Shown one piece after another: positions 17,494 to 25,713 of a stretch of DNA of 50,174 bases. The notes below the pieces were generated by a model, which had not been told where the DNA came from, did not search any database, and was given only the letters and a program-made list of their open reading frames with translations. The translations under genes and the position numbers were made by a program. This stretch comes from Acidobacteriota bacterium (GTDB taxonomy: Bacteria; Acidobacteriota; Vicinamibacteria; Vicinamibacterales; UBA8438), in NCBI GenBank assembly GCA_026706755.1, contig JAPOYG010000346.1, positions 1 to 50,174 of the forward strand, written 5' to 3'. How positions within the stretch are numbered: position 1 is the stretch's first letter; every line of letters begins with the position of its first letter.

Positions 17494-17626
17494 GTGCCCT
17501 TCGGGCACGTCGGGAGTTCGCTGCGCGAACTCCTGCGCGCCACGGCGGGCACGTCGGGAGCTTGCGGCGACGAACTCCTGCGCGCCACGGCGTGCGCGCT
17601 GGGAGCAGTCGGCGCGAACTCCTGCT
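17494..17626. repeat. GC hairpin plus three tandem ~44-nt repeats, each carrying a REP-like palindrome
   Basis: The hairpin GTGCCC-TTC-GGGCAC lies at 17494-17508. Copy 1 is 17503-17546 (GGGCACGTCGGGAGTTCGCTGCGCGAACTCCTGCGCGCCACGGC, containing GGAGTTCGC-TGC-GCGAACTCC, a 9-bp stem). Copy 2 is 17547-17591 and the degenerate copy 3 is 17592-17626. The array lies between the lipoprotein stop and the OMP start, both on the minus strand. Confidence 0.7.
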
Positions 17627-18475
17627 CTAGCTGCCGGCGGCGAGCTTGATCTCGATGGAGGCCGCCAGCCACTGGTCGCCGCCGAGGATCTCCCAGTCCG
17701 CGGTGCCGGACCCGCCGGGCGCGCCGTTGCGGTTGTCGGACCCCGCGAGGGCGACGGCGTTGTCGGTGGCGGAGCAGTCCGCCATCGGGGGCCCGCACCC
17801 GTCGTCGCCGTCCGCGGCGGCGGGGAACGAGGCCACGTTGAAGCGCACGGTGTTCGGCGCGTCGGTGAAGACGTCGGAGCCGACGAGGAAGTTGCGGGCG
17901 TCGTCGGTCTCCACGACGGTCAGCCGCAGCACCCGCGAGTTGGCCCGCGTCGTCACGACCACCGGGGCCGTCGGCGCGGCGGACGTGCCGCGCGCGGTGG
18001 CCGTCGCTCCGATGGGCGCGAGGCTGTCGATGTTGGAGTAGCGCAGCACCGCCCCCGCCGCGTGACGCCGCGAGCCCCAACTGAACGTCGCGTCGGTGTC
18101 GGAGCCGTCGGTCACCTTGTAGAAGATGCTCAACTGGCAGGAGACGCCTTCCGAGTCCGCGCCGCAGAGCGCGCCGTTGAAGCCCTCGAAGCCCGCGATG
18201 GGCGTCCAGCCCTCCGGGCCCTGAATGTTCGGGTTGGCCTTGATCCCGAGCACCGCGACGAGCAGCTCGCCGGGCTCGCCGGGCGGAACCGGGATCGCGA
18301 GCGCACCCGCGCCGTCCCGTCCGGTCTGGCCCGTCTCGACGCCCTCGAGCGCGGGCGTTGCGCAACCGGCGAGCACCATCGCGCCCAGCAGGGCGGCCAG
18401 GCCGATGGCTCGTCCGACGGTCGCGGCGCGGCCCGCGCCGAACGGGACGGGCAGGGAGCACGACGACATCCGCAT
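17627..18475 (-). CDS. lipoprotein of unknown function
   Basis: ORF 17627-18502 trimmed to the ATG at 18475, which has GAGGAGG 5 nt upstream. The signal peptide has a lipobox (GLAALLGAMVLAGC). No family recognised. Confidence 0.7.
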   Translation of the reverse strand: MRMSSCSLPVPFGAGRAATVGRAIGLAALLGAMVLAGCATPALEGVETGQTGRDGAGALAIPVPPGEPGELLVAVLGIKANPNIQGPEGWTPIAGFEGFNGALCGADSEGVSCQLSIFYKVTDGSDTDATFSWGSRRHAAGAVLRYSNIDSLAPIGATATARGTSAAPTAPVVVTTRANSRVLRLTVVETDDARNFLVGSDVFTDAPNTVRFNVASFPAAADGDDGCGPPMADCSATDNAVALAGSDNRNGAPGGSGTADWEILGGDQWLAASIEIKLAAGS

Positions 18476-18699
18476 GGCGCCTCCTCGCGATGTACGGCGC
18501 AACGTCTCGCGGCGTTCGGCCGCGGGATCCTGGCTGCGCGTAGCCCCAGAGTATACGGGTAGGCTGTGCTATGCTGCGAGTCTCGGGGCCGGCGCCGCGG
18601 TCCGGAGGATGGCAGTCCCGGTTCCTCCCGGCTCGTTGCGGGTCGGCTCCCGCGCGCCGGCCGCGGCGCGCGCCGGCCCTCTACACACGGGAGCAGCAG

Positions 18700-19566
18700 A
18701 TGCGGCCGTTACGCGGCGGACCGATCGCGGTGCTGGTGGCGTTGTCCATGGCCATGCTGGCCGTTCCCGCCTCCCGGCCGGGAGGCCGCGCGGCGGCTCC
18801 GGAGGCCTCGGCCGGAAGCCGCCTTCCGTCTCTCCACGCCGCCGGCGCGCAGCGCGAGGCGTTCGATCCGCGCGCCCTGCTCGACCGCCGCCGCGGCACG
18901 ATGCGCCGCCCCGCCGGTCCCCACGAGTTCTACTTCACGCGGGCCATCTACTCGAGCGGCTGGGGCTGGAACCGCTGGGCCATCGACTACCCGAAGTCCG
19001 ACCGGCAGTTCATGACGATCGTGAACCGCCTGATCTCGATCGATGCGTCGGAGTACGAGAACGCCATCCGCCTCGACGATCCCGATCTCCGCAAGTACCC
19101 GTTTCTGTATGCCCTCGAGGTGGGCGACATCGCGCTCGGCCCGGCCGAGATCGAAGGGCTCCGCAACTACCTCCTGGCGGGCGGGTTCCTGGTCATCGAC
19201 GACTTCTGGGGCTCGTGGCAGTGGGCGACCTTCGAGCAGCAGATCCGGCGCGTCTTTCCCGAGCATCCGATCGTCGACATCCCGCTGGATCACCCCATCT
19301 TCAATGCCGTCTACCGGATCGACGAGATACTGCAGGTGCCGGCGATCGGCAACTTCTGGGGCGGCCGGACCTGGGAGCAGGACGGATACAAGGCCCACGC
19401 GCGCGGGATCTTCGACGAGCACGGGCGCCTGATGGTCGTCATCAACTGGAACACCGACCTCGGAGACGCCTGGGAGTGGGCCGAGCGCCCCGAGTACCCC
19501 CTCAAGTTCTCCACCTTCGCGGTGGAGATGGGGATCAACTTCATCGTCTACGCGATGAGCCACTAG
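18700..19566 (+). CDS. DUF4159-family protein (paralog 1)
   Basis: ORF 18571-19566 trimmed to ATG 18700 (GGGAG upstream), with a signal peptide. Conserved blocks are shared with 22897-23679 and 37513-38340: DYP..D, LDDP.L.K(Y/F)P, GGFL(V/I)(I/F)DDFWG, NWNTDLGDAWEW, and a terminal NFIVYAMSH. Confidence 0.8.
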   Translation: MRPLRGGPIAVLVALSMAMLAVPASRPGGRAAAPEASAGSRLPSLHAAGAQREAFDPRALLDRRRGTMRRPAGPHEFYFTRAIYSSGWGWNRWAIDYPKSDRQFMTIVNRLISIDASEYENAIRLDDPDLRKYPFLYALEVGDIALGPAEIEGLRNYLLAGGFLVIDDFWGSWQWATFEQQIRRVFPEHPIVDIPLDHPIFNAVYRIDEILQVPAIGNFWGGRTWEQDGYKAHARGIFDEHGRLMVVINWNTDLGDAWEWAERPEYPLKFSTFAVEMGINFIVYAMSH

Positions 19567-19593
19567 GAGCCGGCGCCGCACGGCGCAGGCTCC
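19565..19593 (+). repeat. REP-like palindrome variant abutting the stop codon of DUF4159 paralog 1
   Basis: The sequence is TAG GAGCCGGCGCC-GCAC-GGCGCAGGCTCC, with 11 of 12 stem pairs. It begins inside the TAG stop codon (19564-19566) and ends 16 nt before the next ATG (19610). Confidence 0.5.
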
Positions 19594-19609
19594 AAGACCC
19601 GCGAGACCG

Positions 19610-21874
19610 ATGTTCGAACCGATCTTCGAGTTCCTGTTCAAGTACCGCCCCCTCGTCTTCGAGCAGGGCGACTTCGCCATCCGCGCCCCCTGGACCATCG
19701 CGCTCGGCGCCGCGGCCGTGGCCGCCGCCCTCACGCTGCGGACCTACGCGCAGGTCCGCGGCAACAGCCAGCCGCTCGATCGCGGCGTCCTCGCCGCGAT
19801 TCGGCTGGGGGCGATCGCCGTGGTGGCCTTCTGCCTGCTGCAGCCCGTCGTCGTGCTCTCGTCGGTCGTCCCGCAGCAGAACTTCCTGGGCGTGCTGGTC
19901 GACGACTCGCGCAGCATGCAGATCGCGGACCGCGACGAGACGGAGCGGCTGCGCTTCGTCGAGGACCGGCTCCGGGCCGGCGGCGACCTTCGGACCGCGC
20001 TCGAGGAGCGCTTCGCGCTTCGCTTCTTCGGGTTCTCGACGGAAACGGATCGGCTCGGCGACGTCGACGAGCTGACCTACCGCGGCACGCGCACCCACCT
20101 CGGGCAGGCGCTCGAGCGGGCGCACGAGGAGCTGACGGGCGTGCCGCTCTCCGGGCTGGTCGTGGTGACCGACGGGGCCGACAACGCGGACGGCGGTCTC
20201 GGCGAGTCGCTGCTGCCGATTCAGGCGGCCGGCATCCCCGTGTTCACGGTCGGCCTCGGCCGCGAGACCTTCGACCGCGACATCCAGTTGAGCCGGGTCG
20301 AGACGCCCCGCCGCGTGCTGCGCGGCGCCGCGCTGGTCGTCGACGCGGTCGTCACGCACCGCGGCTACCGGGGCGAGACGGTGACCGTGCAGGTGGAGGA
20401 CGAGGGCCGCATCGTCGGCTCCGAGGAGGTCGAGCTCGGGCGCGACGGGGAGCCGCGGACCGTCCGGCTGCGGTTCACGGCGGCCGAGGAGGGGCCCCGC
20501 CTGTTCACCTTCCGCGTCTCGCCCCGTCCGGGCGAGATGGTCACGCAGAACAACGTGCGCGACGCGCTGATGCTGGTCGAGAACCACAGCGAGAAGGTCC
20601 TGTACTTCGAGGGCGAGCCGCGGTTCGAGGTGAAGTTCCTGCGCCGCGCGGTGGCCGACGACGAGAATCTCCACGTCTCGATCCTGCAGCGGACGGCGGA
20701 GAACAAGTTCATGCGCCTCGACGTCGAGGACGCGGACGATCTGGTGGGCGGCTTCCCGACCACGCGCGCCGATCTGTACCGTTACAGCGGGCTCGTGCTC
20801 GGCAGCATCGAGGCCAACTACTTCACGCCCGACCAGCTCCGGATGATCGCCGACTTCGTCAACAACCGCGGCGGCGGCCTGCTGATGCTCGGCAGCCAGC
20901 GGTCGTTCTCCGAGGGCGGCTACGCCGGGACCCCGGTCGCCGACGTGCTTCCGGTCGTGCTCGGCGAGGCGGAGGGCGAGGAGGACTTCTTCGTCGAGGT
21001 GGCCGTGGAGCCCACGCGGGCCGGCGCCACCCACGCCGCCACCCAGATCGCCGAGACCGAGGAGCTGTCGGTCGACCGCTGGAACGAGCTGCCGCCGATC
21101 ACCATCGTCAACCCGATCACCGAGGTGAAGCCGGGCGCCACGACGCTCCTCACGAGCGCGTCGGACGACCTGGTGGTGCTGGCCTTCCAGCGGTACGGGG
21201 CCGGCAAGTCGCTCGCGTTTCCCGTGCAGGACTCGTGGATGTGGCAGATGCACGCCGACATCGCGGTCGAGGACATGACGCACGAGACGTTCTGGCGGCG
21301 CATGCTCCGGTGGCTGGTCGACGGCGTGCCGGACCAGATCACCGCGGAGCTGCCGGCCGACCGGGTGGAGCCGGGTCAGGCCGTGACGATCCTGGCCACG
21401 GTGGGCGACGCCAACTTCGAGGAGATCAACAACAGCGCCGTGATCGCCTCGGTGACCCATCCGGACGGGGACTTCACCGACCGCCGGATGGAGTGGACGG
21501 CGGAGGCCGACGGGGAGTACCGCGCCACGTTCATCCCGCCCACCGAGGGCTTCTACGAGGTGCGGATCGAGGCGCTGAGCGGCGACGAGCTCATCGGCGA
21601 GGACGTGACCTGGCTGCAGGTGGCGCCGAGCGATGCGGAGTACTACGACTCGACGATGCGCACCGCGCTCCTCGATCGCGTCGCCGAGGAGACCGGCGGG
21701 CGGCGCTACACGCCCGACACGGTGGCCTCGCTGCCGGACGACGTGCAGTTCGTGGGTGGGGGCGTGACCGTCGTCGAGGAGCGCGACCTCTGGGACATGC
21801 CGGTGCTGCTGCTGCTGCTCGGCACGCTGGTCCTCGGCGAGTGGGGCTACCGGCGCTTCCGGGGGCTTGCGTGA
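19610..21874 (+). CDS. membrane-anchored vWA (MIDAS) plus GATase1-like (DUF1355-type) protein
   Basis: Two N-terminal TM segments, then the vWA start LGVLVDDSRSMQI (DxSxS), LVVVTDGADN and VFTVGLG. Later comes the KVLYFEGEPRFEVKFL ... GGGLLMLGSQRSF block typical of putative glutamine-amidotransferase-like domains, and a C-terminal TM (MPVLLLLLGTLVLGEW). Confidence 0.8.
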   Translation: MFEPIFEFLFKYRPLVFEQGDFAIRAPWTIALGAAAVAAALTLRTYAQVRGNSQPLDRGVLAAIRLGAIAVVAFCLLQPVVVLSSVVPQQNFLGVLVDDSRSMQIADRDETERLRFVEDRLRAGGDLRTALEERFALRFFGFSTETDRLGDVDELTYRGTRTHLGQALERAHEELTGVPLSGLVVVTDGADNADGGLGESLLPIQAAGIPVFTVGLGRETFDRDIQLSRVETPRRVLRGAALVVDAVVTHRGYRGETVTVQVEDEGRIVGSEEVELGRDGEPRTVRLRFTAAEEGPRLFTFRVSPRPGEMVTQNNVRDALMLVENHSEKVLYFEGEPRFEVKFLRRAVADDENLHVSILQRTAENKFMRLDVEDADDLVGGFPTTRADLYRYSGLVLGSIEANYFTPDQLRMIADFVNNRGGGLLMLGSQRSFSEGGYAGTPVADVLPVVLGEAEGEEDFFVEVAVEPTRAGATHAATQIAETEELSVDRWNELPPITIVNPITEVKPGATTLLTSASDDLVVLAFQRYGAGKSLAFPVQDSWMWQMHADIAVEDMTHETFWRRMLRWLVDGVPDQITAELPADRVEPGQAVTILATVGDANFEEINNSAVIASVTHPDGDFTDRRMEWTAEADGEYRATFIPPTEGFYEVRIEALSGDELIGEDVTWLQVAPSDAEYYDSTMRTALLDRVAEETGGRRYTPDTVASLPDDVQFVGGGVTVVEERDLWDMPVLLLLLGTLVLGEWGYRRFRGLA

Positions 21875-22893
21875 GGACCGCATTCCTCGCGGCGGGGCTG
21901 CTGCTGGGAGCGGCGGCGAGCGCCGGGGCGCAGCAGGCGCACCTGCTCGTCGTGACGGGCCTCGGCGGGGACCCGACCTACCGGGAGCAGTTCCACGCCT
22001 GGGCCACGACGCTGGTCGAGGCGGCGACGGCGCGCTACGACCTCCCGCCGGAGCGGATCACCTACCTCGGCGAAGACCCGGAGCTCGATCCGGAGCGCAT
22101 CGCCGGCCGCTCGACGCGCGAGAACATCGCCGCGGCCGTCGACGCGCTCGCGGAGGGGTCCGCGAGCGGCGACCACGTGGTGATCGTGCTCTTCGGCCAC
22201 GGCAGCGAGAGCGGCAGGCCGCGCGTGAATCTGCCGGGCCGCGACCTCGCGGCCGACGACTACGCGGCGTTGCTCGATCGCCTGGAAGGCCGGCGCATCA
22301 CCTTCGTGAACACGGCCAGCGCCAGCGGGCCGTTCGTCGAGTCGCTGTCCGGGCCGGACCGCCTCGTGATGACGGCGACCCGCAGCGGCCGCGAGTGGAA
22401 CGCCGCGCTGTTCGGGGGCTACTTCGTCGACGCCTTCGCCGACGGCGAATCCGATGCGGACGTGAACAAGGACAGCCGCGTCTCGATGCTCGAGGCCTTC
22501 ACCTACGCCCGCCTCCGGGTGGCCCAGGCCTACGAGTCGGAGGGCCTGCTCCTGACGGAGCACGCGCTGCTCGACGACAACGGCGACGGGGCGGGCGCGC
22601 TTGAGCCCGACCCGCTCGAAGGCGACGGGAGGATGGCGCGGACGCTCTTCCTCGCCTCGGGCGAGGCGACCGCGTCCGCCATGGCGTTCCCGGACGATCC
22701 GGAGCTCCGGCCGCTCTACGACGAGCGCGCCGCGCTCGAGGCGCGCGTCGAGGATCTCCGCGGGCTGCGCGGCGGGCTCGACGCCGAGCAGTACGAGCGG
22801 CAGCTCCAGACGCTGCTCGTCGAGATCGCCCTCAAGAGCCGCGAGATCCGCCGGCTCGAGGCGGCGCGCGGCGCGCCGGAGGAGGGACGCTAG
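21871..22893 (+). CDS. exported legumain/caspase-fold (peptidase C13-like) homolog with Ser at the catalytic Cys position
   Basis: GTG 21871 overlaps the upstream stop (GTGA), and there is a signal peptide (VRTAFLAAGLLLGAAASAGAQQ). HLLVVTGLGGDPTYREQF ... ITYLGED ... HVVIVLFGHG (His codon 22198-22200) ... ITFVNTASASGPF (Ser codon 22318-22320) follows the bacterial C13 pattern, where DxCxSG is expected. The C-terminus looks like a coiled coil. The competing frame 21867-22604 is Arg-rich junk. Confidence 0.7.
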   Translation: MRTAFLAAGLLLGAAASAGAQQAHLLVVTGLGGDPTYREQFHAWATTLVEAATARYDLPPERITYLGEDPELDPERIAGRSTRENIAAAVDALAEGSASGDHVVIVLFGHGSESGRPRVNLPGRDLAADDYAALLDRLEGRRITFVNTASASGPFVESLSGPDRLVMTATRSGREWNAALFGGYFVDAFADGESDADVNKDSRVSMLEAFTYARLRVAQAYESEGLLLTEHALLDDNGDGAGALEPDPLEGDGRMARTLFLASGEATASAMAFPDDPELRPLYDERAALEARVEDLRGLRGGLDAEQYERQLQTLLVEIALKSREIRRLEAARGAPEEGR

Positions 22894-22896
22894 GCG

Positions 22897-23679
22897 ATGC
22901 CGGTGTCGACGGGGCGGCGCCTCGGCCGGCGCTGGGCGGCCGGCGTCGCCGGCGCGGCGGTACTCGGCGCCCTGGCCGCCACGGCCGGGCTCGCCGTCGC
23001 CGACGTCGCGCCCTGCAACACCGCGTACAGCGGGCAATTGACCTTCGTCCGGCTGCGCTACGATGCCGCGCAGGGCCGCCGCTGCGGCGCGCTGCCGCAG
23101 TTCATCACCTGGGCCCACGACTATCCACGGGCCGAGCGGAACCTCACGAAGATCCTCGACGAGGTCACGTACATCGATCCCTTCCAGGGCCCCTACGGGG
23201 GCAACGTCCTGGCCCTCGACGACCCGGAGCTCCACAAGTTCCCGATCGCGTACATGGCCGAGCCCGGCCACTGGTATCCGTCCGAGGCCGAGGTGCTCGG
23301 CCTCCGGCGCTACGTCGAGAAGGGGGGCTTCCTCATCTTCGACGACTTCTGGGAAGCCCACTGGGAGAACTTCGAGGCGCAGATGCGGCGTGTCCTGCCC
23401 GACGCCCGGCTGCTGCCGGTGGACCTGGCGCACCCCGTGTTCCAGTCGTTCTTCGAGATCGAGAGCCTCGAGATGCCGCCGGTGTACGGCCCGCCGGTCG
23501 AGTTCCACGGCATCTTCGAGGACAACGATCCCACCGGGCGGCTGATCGCGATCGCGAACTACAACAACGACATCGGCGAGTACTGGGAGTACTCCGACAC
23601 CGGCTGGGTCCCGATCGATCTGTCCAACGAGGCGTACAAGTTCGGCGTGAACTACCTGATGTATGCGCTGACCCACTAG
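22897..23679 (+). CDS. DUF4159-family protein (paralog 2)
   Basis: ATG 22897 lies 3 nt after the upstream stop, with GGAGGAGGGA upstream, and there is a signal/TM segment. It has HDYPRAERN, LDDPELHKFP, GGFLIFDDFWE, NYNNDIGEYWEY and a terminal NYLMYALTH. Confidence 0.8.
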   Translation: MPVSTGRRLGRRWAAGVAGAAVLGALAATAGLAVADVAPCNTAYSGQLTFVRLRYDAAQGRRCGALPQFITWAHDYPRAERNLTKILDEVTYIDPFQGPYGGNVLALDDPELHKFPIAYMAEPGHWYPSEAEVLGLRRYVEKGGFLIFDDFWEAHWENFEAQMRRVLPDARLLPVDLAHPVFQSFFEIESLEMPPVYGPPVEFHGIFEDNDPTGRLIAIANYNNDIGEYWEYSDTGWVPIDLSNEAYKFGVNYLMYALTH

Positions 23680-23684
23680 GAGTC

Positions 23685-23724
23685 GGCACCACGCGGAGCC
23701 GTCAGTCGACGACTGGTGGGCTAG
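23685..23724 (+). repeat. ~40-nt conserved leader motif, copy A (upstream of moxR)
   Basis: GGCACCACGCGGAGCCGTCAGTCGACGACTGGTGGGCTAG matches 44912-44952 at about 36 of 41 aligned positions. It lies between the TAG stop of DUF4159-2 and the AAGGAGAG RBS of moxR. Confidence 0.6.
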
Positions 23725-23752
23725 CCGGCGGTTCGTATCGAAGGAGAGACGC

Positions 23753-24799
23753 GTGCAACCTGACATCACCAGCCCCGAGGCACCGGCCGAGCTCGAGGCC
23801 CCCGACGACGTGGCGCTGGCCGATCGGCTCAAGGCCGGCGGCGAGCAGATCCTCACCGAGCTGCACAAGTTGATCATCGGGCAGGACGCGACCATCCACC
23901 AGGCCCTGCTGACCCTCTTCGTCGGCGGCAACAGCCTGATCGTCGGGGTGCCGGGGCTGGCCAAGACGCTCCTCATCCAGACGATGGCGCAGGTTCTGGA
24001 CCTGCGCTTCTCGCGCATTCAGTTCACGCCCGACCTGATGCCGTCGGACATCACGGGCACCGACATCATTCAGGACGACCCGGAGACCGGCGGGCGGAAG
24101 ATGGTGTTCGCGCCCGGACCGGTCTTCACGAACATCCTGCTGGCCGACGAGATCAACCGGACGCCGCCGAAGACGCAGTCGGCGCTGCTCGAGGCGATGC
24201 AGGAGCACCGCGTCACCGTGCAGGGGCGCACCTACCCGCTCGAGGAGCCGTTCTACGTGTTCGCCACGCAGAACCCGATCGAGCTCGAGGGGACCTACCC
24301 GCTGCCCGAGGCGCAGCTCGACCGCTTCATGTTCCACATCGTCATCGACCACCCGCCGCTCGACGAGGAGATGGAGGTGGTCCGGACGACCACCGTGGTC
24401 CAGGACCCCGACTTCCGGCATGCGGTGACCGGCGCCGACCTGGTGCAGTTCCAGAACCTCGTCCGCAAGGTGCCCGTGTCGGAGGCGGTGCTGCGCTACA
24501 CGCTGGACCTGGTGCGCACCACGCGCGTCAAGGAGCCCAACCCCCCCGACTTCGTCAAGAAGTGGGTGGCCTACGGGGCGAGCGTCCGCGCGGCGCAGTA
24601 CCTCATCCTCGGCGGCAAGGCGCGGGCGATCATGGAGGGCCGCTATCACGTCAACTTCGACGATATCCGCGCCCTGTCGCATCCGGTGCTGCGCCACCGG
24701 ATCCTGCTGAACTTCCACGCCGAGTCCGAAGGCGTCACGTCGGACCAGATCGTCGACAAGCTGCTCGACGCGGTGCCGGAGCCGGCCTCGCGGATGTAG
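23753..24799 (+). CDS. moxR: MoxR-family AAA+ ATPase
   Basis: GTG 23753 has AAGGAGAG upstream. It has LIIGQDATIHQALLTLFVGGNSLIVGVPGLAKT (Walker A), ILLADEINRTPPKTQSALLEAMQE (Walker B/sensor) and FYVFATQNPIELEGTYPLPEAQLDRF, the classic MoxR/AAA_3 pattern. Confidence 0.92.
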   Translation: MQPDITSPEAPAELEAPDDVALADRLKAGGEQILTELHKLIIGQDATIHQALLTLFVGGNSLIVGVPGLAKTLLIQTMAQVLDLRFSRIQFTPDLMPSDITGTDIIQDDPETGGRKMVFAPGPVFTNILLADEINRTPPKTQSALLEAMQEHRVTVQGRTYPLEEPFYVFATQNPIELEGTYPLPEAQLDRFMFHIVIDHPPLDEEMEVVRTTTVVQDPDFRHAVTGADLVQFQNLVRKVPVSEAVLRYTLDLVRTTRVKEPNPPDFVKKWVAYGASVRAAQYLILGGKARAIMEGRYHVNFDDIRALSHPVLRHRILLNFHAESEGVTSDQIVDKLLDAVPEPASRM

Positions 24800-24801
24800 C
24801 C

Positions 24802-25713
24802 ATGGACGCCCAGCCCGCCGCCCCCGGAGCCCGTTTCGTCGATCCGAATGCGCTCGCCCGCATCGGCAGCCTCGAGCTGCTGGCGCGCACCGTCGTCGAC
24901 GGCTTCATCAACGGCCTCCACAAGGCGCCGTACCTGGGGGTGTCGATCGACTTCGCCGAGCACCGGATGTACATGCCCGGCGACGACATCCGCTTCATGG
25001 ACTGGCGGGTGTTCGCGCGGACCGACCGGTTCTACGTCAAGACCTTCGAGGCCGACACCAACGCCAACTTCTCGGTCCTCTTCGACGTCTCCCGGTCGAT
25101 GAGCTTCACGAGCGGCGGGGTGTCGAAGCTCGACTACGGTCGCTACCTCGCGGCCTGCCTCACGTATTTCTCGACGAAGCAGCGCGACCGGGTGGGCCTC
25201 GTGACGTTCGACGACGACATCGTCACGCGCGTGCCCCCCTCCGCGAAGCACCTCGAGGTCGTGCTCCACACGCTCGATCGGATCGAGGCGGGGCGTCCCG
25301 GGTCGTTCGAGCGCCCCCTCTTCAAGGCGACCGAGTTCTTCAAGCGCCGGGGCATCCTGCTGTTCATCTCCGACTTCTACGACGAGCCGCAGGCGATCGT
25401 CGACGCCCTGAAGCCGTTCCGCTACGGCGGTAACGACGTGCTCGTGTTCCACGTGCTCGATCCCGCCGAGATCGACTTCCCCTACGACGACGCGACGAGC
25501 TTCCAGGACCTGGAGACCGGCCGCAAGTTGCCGGTCGTGCCCGAGAAGCTGCGCGAACAGTACCGTCAGCTCGTGCAGGAGCACGTCGGCGCGCTCTCGA
25601 AGCTCTGCGGTGAGAACCGTATCGACTACGCCATGTTCAACACGTCGCAGCCGCTCGACCATGCGCTCTTCCAGTACCTGGCGATGCGGCACAAACTGAC
25701 GAGGGTCCGCTGA
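24802..25713 (+). CDS. DUF58-family (vWA-like) protein, MoxR partner
   Basis: ORF 24562-25713 trimmed to ATG 24802, 2 nt after the moxR stop. It has FAEHRMYMPGDDIRFMDWRVFARTDRFYVKTFE and VLFDVSRSM, the DUF58 signature with a MIDAS-like DxSxS. Confidence 0.9.
   Translation: MDAQPAAPGARFVDPNALARIGSLELLARTVVDGFINGLHKAPYLGVSIDFAEHRMYMPGDDIRFMDWRVFARTDRFYVKTFEADTNANFSVLFDVSRSMSFTSGGVSKLDYGRYLAACLTYFSTKQRDRVGLVTFDDDIVTRVPPSAKHLEVVLHTLDRIEAGRPGSFERPLFKATEFFKRRGILLFISDFYDEPQAIVDALKPFRYGGNDVLVFHVLDPAEIDFPYDDATSFQDLETGRKLPVVPEKLREQYRQLVQEHVGALSKLCGENRIDYAMFNTSQPLDHALFQYLAMRHKLTRVR

Noticed and set aside
17503-17626. Possible CRISPR array (regular ~44-nt periodicity)
   Set aside because: The units are directly contiguous with no unique spacers, there are only three copies and no cas genes are present. 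The sequence belongs to the palindromic REP-like family.
21867-22604. Alternative 245-aa frame for the gene after the vWA-GATase1-like protein
   Set aside because: The product is an Arg/Gly/Pro-rich string. The frame starting at GTG 21871 gives a signal peptide, C13-like motifs and balanced composition.
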